From positions 2,790,001 to 2,854,000 of the forward strand of contig OZ251223.1 of NCBI GenBank assembly GCA_965240325.2: DNA of 64,000 nucleotides. Reading direction: 5' to 3'. The notes beneath the pieces are model-generated. The model saw nothing but the letters and a program-made list of their open reading frames with translations. It was not told the DNA's origin and searched no databases. A program made the position numbers and the translations under genes. Shown here in pieces: positions 55,255-64,000 of the stretch (its first letter is position 1; each line of letters opens with the position of its first letter). The stretch is from Rebecca billardiae RCC1528 (taxonomy: Eukaryota; Protista; Haptophyta).

Positions 55255-57399
55255 TCACTTCCTGGTCCACTTCCTGCCCTTCAGATTGATCTGGATCCCG
55301 CCGCCAGGCTTGCGCGCGGGCGTCTCGAGGTCGCTTGGATCGTACTCCCCCGCAGCGCCGACGGCATCGCTGCTGCGCATCGGATCGGCAGCGCCATCGC
55401 CGCCCGCGCCGCCCTCGTCATCCGGCCCGGCTGCGCCCTGCCGCAGCTGCAGCTGCGCGCCCAGCCCGCCCTGCGCGCCGGCGAGAGGCGGCTGCGTCTC
55501 AAAATCGGTGGGCGCCGCCTGCGTGCGCGACAGCAGGCCCATGTGCTGAGCTCTCGCGGCCGCCTGCGCGTTGCGCGCGACCGCGGCGTGTGCGGCGCGC
55601 ACGTGTCAGCAGGTGCGCCGCGGGGCTCACACGGCGCGCTCCCGTGGGCGAAGGCGCGGCACGCACCGTGCTGGCCGCGTTGGCCTGGGCCCTCGCCCGC
55701 TTCGCGATGACGGCCGCCGCATGGTCCGCCCCGTTGGCGCCCGCAGGCGCCCCCTCGCCGCGCTTGCGCTTGCGGTCGCGCGTCTGCCGGCGAGACGGCC
55801 GCACGTGCGCGGGCAGCTCGGCGCGGCGTGCGAGCACGGCGTGCACGCCCATCGACTCCTCGTTCCACGCCGTCTGCTCGGTGAGCATGCCGCAGAACTC
55901 GCGCACGGCCGGCGTGAAGTGCACGCTGCGGTCTTCGTACGCAGGGTCCAGCCGCGTCTTGATCCCCAGATAAAAGGACGACGACCACGCGCCTGCGCAC
56001 CGAGCGCGCGCGGGCGGCGTGCACGGCGTCGCGAGCTCAGCGGTGCGCGGTGCGGCGCAGCGGCGCGGGTGGGTTGGCGGCGGCTGGGCTCGCGGCGCGC
56101 ACCGTGCGTCGCGTAGGGGCAGGGGACGGGCTTCGGGTAGGGGTGCACCACCTCGACGTGCGGCAGCACCTCGAGCTTCTTCATCAGGTGCCTGAGCTTG
56201 CTCTCGATCGTGCCCTCCCAGCGGCGGTGCTCATCCTCCGTGTGCGCCATCGCCTCGATCAGCACAAACCGATCGTGCGCGGCGAAGAAGTCGACGGGCT
56301 CGAAGAGCGTGGCCCACTCGTCGTCCCCGTCCTCGACGGCGGTCGCGATCCGCAGCCCGCGCTCGAACTCCTCCTTGAGCACGCGCAGGTTCGAGTACGT
56401 CAGGTTGAACGTGCTGTTCATGCACGGGTAGCACGGCGTGATCACGGGCATCAGGTCAAAGCGCTCGCGCGGGTACTTCTTCGGGTTCCACACCTTCAGC
56501 CCGAGGTTGAGAGAGCCCTCGGTGATGGGGCAGAGGAGGATCGGCACGGGCGGCGGCGAGTTGGGCGCGCGCGCCAGGTCGGCGAACTTCCAGTGCGAGT
56601 ACACGCGGAAGAAGCGCGCGAGCAGCGTCGCCGGGCACGCGTTCGGGTAGAGCTGGCACACGCGCGCGGTCAGCAGCGCCCACGCGACGCCGCCCAGGAA
56701 GCCGAGCGCGTTCGAGTAGATGCCGCGCTTCTTGGCCCAGAGCTTGATGCAGCGGAGGGTGGTGCGGAAGTTGGGCACGGACGGCACGAGCGAGAGGATC
56801 GCCGACGCGACGCGCGTGCCGTTCAGCGAGCGCACCGTCGGCTCGTCGATGCCCTTGAGGTGGCGCTCCTCGATCTGCAGGTCGTCCGGGATGGCCGACA
56901 TCGCGAGCCGCGCAAACAGCAGGTCGATGGGGATGCCGTCGAGCTCGAACTTGATGATCGGCACGTATGCCGTGGGCACGGGGTCGAGCTCGCGCACGTC
57001 CGGCTGCTCGCGCAACAGCGCCGTCATGTGCTCGAAGAAGTGGTTGCGGTGGATGTGCTCGGGCACGACCAGCAGCGTGTCAATGTCCGCGCCGCTCGCG
57101 TGCACACCCAGGCGGTACGAGCCGAAGGTGAAGATCTTGGCGCCCGCGGCGGCTGCGATCTCGCCTGACATGCCGCTCGCCATCGACGCGCGGCGCACGA
57201 ACTCGCGCGCGAGCGTGTTCAGCCGCCCGAGCACCTGCACGCGCTTGGTGGCCTCCTCGTCCGACTCGTACAGGTTGTGCGCGCGCAGCAGGGCCTCGAG
57301 CCGCGCGGAGAGTTGGAGCTCGCGCGCGGTGGGCTGCGCGAGGCTGATCGGCTGCGTGATGCCATACCGCTGGTCCTGCGCGGGCACGCCTTGATCCAT
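55255..57399 (-). CDS. PAP1: Canonical nuclear poly(A) polymerase; introns 55993-56102 and 55564-55666
   Basis: YGITQPIS, KIFTFGSYRLGVH..GADIDTL, AYVPIIKF, RSLNGTRV, IKLWAKKRGIYSN..GFLGGV and MPVITPCYPCMNS. Confidence 0.96.
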
Positions 57400-57553
57400 C
57401 GCGCCGTCTCCAAGCAAGTCCCTCGCAAAAAGTGTCAGCACAGGGTCGCCGCCATCGTTGCGGCCGGTCCGGGGGGGTACAGTTCGTCAGTACCACTGGT
57501 AGGGCAGCCCGGACTGAGCAACCGTGCACCTGTGCCCTCACGGCGCGGCCGTG

Positions 57554-59291
57554 ATGACGCACGACGACGCCAGCAGCTTCGAGCTGCTCGACGAGGACCC
57601 ACGGCACCGCAGCAGCGCGCGCAAGCTTGCTCACGACACCTCCTTCCGCGCGGCGATGCTCGCCCAGCCGCCGCCCGAGCGCGCTCTCGAGCGCGTGCAT
57701 GTGGACGATCTACCGCCCGGCGCTTTCGTGGAGCAGTACGTTTCGCGCGCGCGACCGTGCGTGCTCGTGGGCGCGACGCGCGGCTGGGCGGCGAATGAGA
57801 TGTGGGGCTCAGCGAGCAGCTTCGTCGCCGCGCACGGCGACGTGCCCTTCAAGGTGACCGCCCTCCCGCGCGAAGACGGCGCGCCGGGTGGCGACGTGGT
57901 CCGGCTGAGCATCCGCGCGTTTGCCGAGTACGCGCGCAGCACCGAGGCGGACTTCCCGTGGTACATGTTTGGCGACGACTTTGAGGGCCCGCGCGCGGCG
58001 CTCGCCGCCGAGTACGCCGTGCCGGCCGTCCTCGACGGCGAGGACGCGCTCGACGCGTCCGCGCTCGCTCGGCGCTTCATGGCCAGGCACAAATACATGG
58101 TGATCGGCGGAGAGCGCACCGGCTCGCTGCTGCACGTGGACCCGCGGATGACGGGCGCGTGGAACGCGCTGCTGTGCGGCACGAAGCGCTGGGTGCTGCT
58201 GCCGCCGTCGGAGACGCCGCCCGCCGGCGCGAGCGGCACGATGGGCGCGCTGCCCGACACGGGCGCGGCGGCGGCCGGGCCGGCGGCGTGGTGGCGCGAC
58301 GAGTGCCCGGCGCTGCTGGCGAGTGTGCACGGCGCCGGCGCGCTCGAGGCGGTGCAGCAGCCGGGCGAGATGCTGTGGGTGCCGCACGGGTGGTGTCACG
58401 CCGTGTACAACCTCGGCGAGCTCACCGTCGCCGTCACGCACAACCTGCTCCCGTGGGCGGCGCTGCCGGCGCAGATGGGCGCGCTGGGCGTGCGCTACCC
58501 CGCGCTCGGCTCCTACCTGCACGCGCTCGCGCGGAGCAGCGGGCGCGAGGAGGTGGCGGCGCGGATGGAGGCGGCGGGCGAGGTGCCCGTGCGGCCCGTG
58601 GACGACGAGGACGACGACGAGGAGGAGGAGGACGCCGAGGACGAGTCCCACGCCGAGCCGAGCGCGCTGCGCGAGAGCTCGCACGCGCGCTCGTTCGCAG
58701 CGCGCGGCCTGAGCGCCGAGTTCCACCACCTGGCAGCGGTCGGCCACTTCCCGGACTACTGGCGCGCGGCGCAGCGGCTTGCGCGCGCGGGCGGCATGGC
58801 GCCCGGCCCGCCGCTGGCGGCCGTGAGCGCGTGTGCGGCGGCGCGCGCGTGGGAGATGCCCTTCTCGCCGCTTGCGCTGCGGCTGCGGCGGCCGCCTCTG
58901 CGCGCCATCATGCTGCCTGCCGTCGAGCGCAAAGCGCGGGGCGAGCGCACCGCGCTGCTCGCGGGCGGGTGCCCGCACGCGAGCTGCCTGCCCTTCGAGC
59001 GCATCAGCGTCGCGCTCCGTCCGGTCGGCGCCGCGCCCCCGCCGCACGCGTGCGCGGCTGCGGCCTCGGCCCCGAGCGAGGCCTCCGCCTCCGCCTCCGC
59101 CTCCGCCTCCGCCTCGCTCAGCATTGAGGGCGCCCTGCGCGACGTGAGCCTCAACTACCACGCGGGCGCGGGCGTGGAGGCGCTGCGAGCGCAGCTCGAG
59201 GCGCTGCAGCGCAGGCTGCACGCGCCCCCGGCGTCGGCGGCGGGCGGGGCCGGCGCGGCACTGCCGCCGCGCGCAGCGCGCAAGCCGGACC

Positions 59292-59335
<44 letters not shown>

Positions 59336-60496
59336 GCCGCGCCGCCCTCGGCCGCGCCTCCGTTCGAGGTGAGCGTGACGGGCGGCAACTCGGACGCGCT
59401 CGTCAAGGTGGTCGAGCTGCTCTCAGAGCCGGGCGACGCCGTGCTCGTCGAGGCCTTCTCGTACCCGTTCACGCTGTCGATGTGCGCGAGCCGCGGGCGC
59501 GTGCTGGTGGGCGTGGCCCTCGACGGCCACGGGCTGAGCGTGCACGCGCTGCGCGCCGCCGCGCGCGCGCACCCGGCCGCGCGCGTGCTGATCGTGACGC
59601 CGAGCGGGCACAACCCGACGGGCGTGAGCTACTCGGCACAGCGCCGGTACGAGGTGTACGCCGCGTGCCGCGAGCTCGGCCTCGCGATCGTCGAGGACGA
59701 CCCGTACTGCCACCTGCACACGCCGCTCCCGCCGAGGCTGGGCGCGCGCGCCGACGGCGCCGCGCGCGCGCCCGCGCGCGCGTGGAGCGCCGCCGAGATG
59801 CGCGGCCTCGTGCCGTGCGGCGTCGCGGGGCAGCCGCCGTCCTTCCTCTGCCTCGACGCGGACCCCAGGCTGCGCCACCCGACCGACGCGCCGAGCGGCC
59901 GCGTGATCCGGCTGGACTCGTGCTCCAAGGTGCTCGCGCCCGGGCTGCGGCTCGGCTGGCTGAGCGCGCCCGCGCCGTTCGTCGACCGCTTCCGCCAGCT
60001 GTCCGAGGGCAGCACGCAGCACCCGTCCGGCCTGTCCGAGGCGGTGGTGAGCGAGCTGCTGCGCACGTGGGGCGACGCCGGGCTCGACGCGCACCTGCGA
60101 GCGCTGCAGCTCGAGTACACGCGCCGGCGCGACGTGCTGCTCGGCGCGCTGCACGCCGCGTTCGCGCCCGAGGCGGAGTGCGGCCACCCACCGCTCGCGC
60201 GCTGGGAGGCGCCCGAGTACGGCATGTTTGTGTGGGTGCGGCAGGAGGTGCACGCGGACACGCGCGAGCTCGCCGAGCGGCTCGCCGCCGAGGGCGTCGT
60301 CTGCGTCCCCGGCGCTTTCTTCGCGCCGCCTCAGGCTGACGCCGCGAGCGGCGGGCTGCTCTACCCGGACAGCGCGTGCGTGCGGCTCACGTTTGCGTCC
60401 GCGTCCGACGAGGAGATGCGCGACGGCTGCGAGGCGCTCGCGCGCGTGCTGCGACGGCCCACCAACCCGGCGGCGGCGGGCAGCGCACAGCCCTAG
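57554..60496 (+). CDS. Fusion protein: JmjC (JMJD6/JMJD4-like) Fe(II)/2-OG dioxygenase + class I/II PLP aminotransferase (AADAT/Aro8-like)
   Basis: JmjC motifs GSLLHVDP, AWNALLCGTKRW and QQPGEMLWVPHGWCHAVYN. Aminotransferase motifs LAGGCP, PSGHNPTG, IVEDDPY, RLDSCSKVLAPGLRLGW, GMFVW and VRLTFA. Single ORF. Confidence 0.88.
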
Positions 60497-60791
60497 GCCA
60501 CCGCCCGACCGCGGAGGCTCGCCGTCGCGCAGAGAGACTTCAGTTGACTGTTACAGACTGTAATAGTAGCCGGTCCAAGAGTGACGCACATTCAACATAC
60601 GTACATTATAGCGCAGCTCAAGGCACTGATGAACAGGCACCGCCCTTGATTCAGCAGTCCGGTGGGGCAGGCGCGTGCGCTGCCGCCGGATTTCTGAGTT
60701 TGACCAATGCAACCGCTGCGCACACCCAGTGCGTGCGCCGCGGAGCTCTCCCGGCTTGGTGGACCAGTGCACGACGAAGCGCTCCCGACCG

Positions 60792-63383
60792 ATGCCAGCC
60801 CCCCCTCCTTCCAGACGCGCCCACGCGCTGCCCGCCGTGAACGGCGTGCACGCCCTTCCCAAGAAAGCGGGCACGCTCTCTGCGAATCTCGCCGACGGCG
60901 TTGCTGCCGCGAAGGCGCTCCTCGGCTCCGATGACGACGAGACCGGCCTGTGCACGCGCGCGGCCGAGCTCGTGCGCAAGCGTACAGAGCTCGCCGGCCG
61001 CGGGTCGTCGCACCGTGCCGAGCGGACGGCGGCCGAGCTCGACGCGCGTGTACGGCGCGAGCTCGAGATCGCTGAGACGGCGGCGTCCAAGGCGGAGGCC
61101 GAGCTCATGAGTGCGACCGTCGGCTCTGAAGCCCGTCTCGCCGCCGCGACCGAGCTCGCAGAGCTGCGCACGTCCGAGGCGGCCGAAGCCAAGAGAGTGT
61201 CTGACGCGGCGTCCCAAGCCCGAGCAAGCCGCGTGTCGAAGCTCGAGGCCGCGCTACTAAAGGGCCTGACCCCGCAGCTCAAGCGCGAGATGGGCGCGCA
61301 CCACCGCGCGGCGCACGAGGCGCAGCAGGCGGAGGTCGACCGGCTGCAGGAGGCGTGGGAGGAGGCGAACGCCGCGTCGGACACGCACAACCTCAAGGGC
61401 GATCGAAAGTGGAGCGACACCGGCGGGCGGATGACGCACTCGCAGACGAAGCCTGTGATCCAGGCGCTCAAGCGCAGGGGCCAGATCGAGGAGCAGCTCA
61501 CCGCCGCCCGGCAGAAGCTCGACGAGCTCGCCGCCAAGATGCGCGCGACCCCGAGCGACGCCGAGATCGCCTCATTCCTCAACAAGCACTTCGAGGCGAA
61601 GGAGCACGAGAAGGCGGAGGTGGCGGCGCGGAGCAAGCTGGGCGTGGCGGAGAAGCTCGCGCGCAAGGCGAAGGATGAGCTCGTCGCCGCCGAGGCCGAG
61701 GCCAAGCAGTCCGCAGCCCTCGCCGACGAGGCGCGCGCCTCGCTCGCCGCCGCCGAGGCCGACATCGCCGCGCTCGTGGCCGATGGCGGCGCCTCGGCGC
61801 GCGAGCGGCTCGGCGCGGAGGTTGCAGAGCGGGTGGCGCGCGAGATGGCGGCGGAGCTGGAGGCCGTGGCCGACGAGACGTCCAAGGCGGCGGAGCAGCT
61901 CCGCGCTCAGCTCCGCGCCGCCTTCGACGCGATCGGCGCGCTCTCGGCCGCCGAGAAGCCGCGCACGTCCGCTCTGCTTGCTGCCGAGGAGGGCGCCGCG
62001 GGTGCGCCGCCGCCTCTGGACGAGGCCTTCTGCGAGGCGGCGCGTGCCGAGGCGGCGGGCTGCCTCGCGTTCCTCAACCTGCACCAAAAGCGCCTGCAGG
62101 CCGAGGCGGCGGCCCTCACGGCGCGCGAGAAGGAGGAGAAGCGCGCGGCGAAGGAGCGCGCGGCCGCCGAGCGTGCCGCCAAGCGCGCCGCCAAGGCGGG
62201 CAAGGCGCCGCCCACCGGCCCCGCCCCACACGACCCGCCGGGCGAGCACGACGACGATGACGATGACGACGATCATCAAGACCCGGCGCCGACGCCGCCT
62301 CGCCAGCCGCTCGAACCAGCGCGGCAGCCGACGGTGCCGCCCGCCCAGCCGACGCCCCAGCCCCAGGCTCCAATCGCGGCGCCAGCGCCCACCGCCGCGC
62401 CCGCACCGCCCGCGGCCCCTCATCGGTCTGGGGCCGCCCGGGCGCAGACGGCAGAGGCGCCGTCGTCGCAGCCGGCGGCGCCGTCCGCCTCCCTCGAGAT
62501 GCCGATGCCGGGCCGTCACAACGAAATGCCGATGCCCGGGCACCATGACGGGATGCCCATGCCTGGCCATCAGCTCGCGCAGGCCGGGCTCTCGCCGACG
62601 CTCTCGCCGCCGGCAGTGCCCGCGCGGCCGGCGCCGCAGCCGGCGCCGCAGCCGGCGCCGCAGGTGGCCCAGGAGCTCTTCGCGGCGCCCGCAGGCGGGA
62701 TGGGCGGCCTCGCATTCGGCGCGTTCTCGCAGCCCAAGCCCGACGCCGCGGCGCTCAACGGGCACTCGCTCTTCGCGGGGGTCCCAGCGTCGCTCCCGAT
62801 GTCGCTCCCAGCGACCGAGGCAAGCACGACGGCCGCGCCGCGCGCCACCGCCGCCGCCTCCGCCGACGCGAGCACGTGGCAGGAGGTGAAGCACGCCGAG
62901 ACGGGCAAGACCTACTGGTGGAACACCGCGACCGGCGAGACGCGCTGGTTCGACCCCGCGGTGGACGTGTGGACGGCGGTGCCCGCCGCGTCGGGCCTCA
63001 CCTACTGGTGGAACAAGGCCACGGGCGAGACAACCTGGGAGATGCCGGCGTCGCTGCGCGGCGGTGGCGCGGCGGGCGGCGGGCCGCCCGCCCCTCCCGC
63101 GCCGGCGGTGCCCGCGCCCGCGCCGGCGGTCGTCGCCCCGTCGGCGGCACCGGTGATCCCCACGCCAACGCCGGCACCGATCTCGCCGCCGCCGGTCGTA
63201 CCCACGCCTGCGCCAGCGCCGATCGCGCCTGCTACGCCCGTGGTGCACACGCCCGCACCGCCCCCGGCGCCCGCGCCGGCCGCGCCGGCCGGCGCGTGGA
63301 GCTGCCACGTGTGCACCTTCGAGAACGACAAGCCGCACGCACTGGCCTGCGAGGTGTGCGGCAGCACGCGCCAGTTCAACTGA
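60792..63383 (+). CDS. Coiled-coil protein with a Pro-rich linker, two WW domains and a C-terminal RanBP2/NZF-type zinc finger
   Basis: WQEVKH.ETGKTYWWN..TGETRWFDP, WTAV..SGLTYWWN..TGETTWEMP and WSCHVCTFEN....CEVCG. Confidence 0.85.
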   Translation: MPAPPPSRRAHALPAVNGVHALPKKAGTLSANLADGVAAAKALLGSDDDETGLCTRAAELVRKRTELAGRGSSHRAERTAAELDARVRRELEIAETAASKAEAELMSATVGSEARLAAATELAELRTSEAAEAKRVSDAASQARASRVSKLEAALLKGLTPQLKREMGAHHRAAHEAQQAEVDRLQEAWEEANAASDTHNLKGDRKWSDTGGRMTHSQTKPVIQALKRRGQIEEQLTAARQKLDELAAKMRATPSDAEIASFLNKHFEAKEHEKAEVAARSKLGVAEKLARKAKDELVAAEAEAKQSAALADEARASLAAAEADIAALVADGGASARERLGAEVAERVAREMAAELEAVADETSKAAEQLRAQLRAAFDAIGALSAAEKPRTSALLAAEEGAAGAPPPLDEAFCEAARAEAAGCLAFLNLHQKRLQAEAAALTAREKEEKRAAKERAAAERAAKRAAKAGKAPPTGPAPHDPPGEHDDDDDDDDHQDPAPTPPRQPLEPARQPTVPPAQPTPQPQAPIAAPAPTAAPAPPAAPHRSGAARAQTAEAPSSQPAAPSASLEMPMPGRHNEMPMPGHHDGMPMPGHQLAQAGLSPTLSPPAVPARPAPQPAPQPAPQVAQELFAAPAGGMGGLAFGAFSQPKPDAAALNGHSLFAGVPASLPMSLPATEASTTAAPRATAAASADASTWQEVKHAETGKTYWWNTATGETRWFDPAVDVWTAVPAASGLTYWWNKATGETTWEMPASLRGGGAAGGGPPAPPAPAVPAPAPAVVAPSAAPVIPTPTPAPISPPPVVPTPAPAPIAPATPVVHTPAPPPAPAPAAPAGAWSCHVCTFENDKPHALACEVCGSTRQFN

Positions 63384-63773
63384 GCCAGCCGCTTGCACCA
63401 AGCCGCGGTCTCCGCTGCGCACTGCGGCGAGTGCGCCGAGCAGCACTCGGCGTCAGCGACCGATGACCAATCGAATCATCACCGTCGCAGGCTGCCGCGG
63501 CGGCGCGACACGGCCCGGGCTCGGGGCTGCCCCGGAGAAGCCGACTCCGTCACCGTGACTACGGTACGCCACTCCGCGGCTCCGCCGACCCGGCGCCGCG
63601 CAGCTCTGAGCTCACGAGTGCCACTAGCCTAAGTACGCGTGCGGCTACGCGTGCGCGCGGCCCGGGCTGCCGAGTCTTTCGTCCGTACGGACAGTCCCGC
63701 CGACTGGCGACTCTCACTCTGGGCCTGGCCGAGCGGCGGAGCGGCGCCGCGTATCTCATGACTCATCGATCTT

Positions 63774-64000
63774 GGCCCGCGGTGCAGGGCGGAGCGCGCA
63801 GCGTGGAGCCCGCACCAGCGGGCCCGAACCACGTTTCAAAAAGATCTTTGATCAAGAAAAAAGGGACGGGGGGCGATTTTTAGGGCTGGCGGAGACCGAG
63901 TTTCGAGTTTTTGAGATCGCATAGAGAGGTCTATTAGGCCGAAAATAAGCGCGCCCAGCTGATTCCCTTAAGTAAAGTGCGATCTGGACGTCAGCTGGAC
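63774..64000 (+). mobile_element. Probable left end of a DNA transposon running off the window (TIR-like 63774-63917)
   Basis: Inverted copy of 23410-23553, with an abrupt shift to more AT-rich sequence. Confidence 0.65.

Noticed and set aside
29372-60496. Single biosynthetic gene cluster (GNAT, sulfotransferase, GT47, decarboxylase, JmjC-aminotransferase, transporter)
   Set aside because: The genes are interspersed with housekeeping genes (PAP, Sac1, F-box, UBA), there is no scaffold synthase, and predicted localisations differ. Co-expression data would be needed.
1-64000. tRNA, rRNA or snRNA genes
   Set aside because: None were recognisable by eye. A tRNAscan-SE or Infernal scan would be needed to exclude them.

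Overview
This is very GC-rich, gene-dense eukaryotic nuclear DNA with short spliceosomal introns. Composition and gene content are consistent with a haptophyte alga such as Pavlovales/Diacronema, which is an inference. About 21 protein-coding genes can be supported: IleRS (3' part), NOL6/Utp22, NPL4, a cathepsin D-like protease, two ciliary MIP-like proteins, a Slo/BK-type K+ channel, an ER thioredoxin-fold protein, a GNAT, an F-box/LRR protein, an amino-acid transporter, a sulfotransferase, a Sac1/synaptojanin-like protein, a UBA protein, a pyruvate/indolepyruvate decarboxylase, an ankyrin-like protein, a GT47 exostosin, poly(A) polymerase and a WW/RanBP2-ZF protein, among others. Most are arranged in tight head-to-head pairs. 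Two gene-poor zones (about 18.6-26.4 kb and 48.6-53.3 kb) hold transposon-like DNA. The main highlights are: (1) a single ORF fusing a bacterial-type glycine-betaine/choline ABC substrate-binding domain (ProX/OpuAC-like) to a tandem-pore K+ channel with an EF-hand, a candidate osmolyte-gated K+ channel; (2) a JmjC dioxygenase fused to a PLP aminotransferase; (3) a 3.8-kb non-coding element with apparently identical split direct repeats and an internal end-to-end junction, inserted in a (TA)n microsatellite; (4) uniform GTGCG intron donors. All family calls come from motif recognition by eye, with no database searches.
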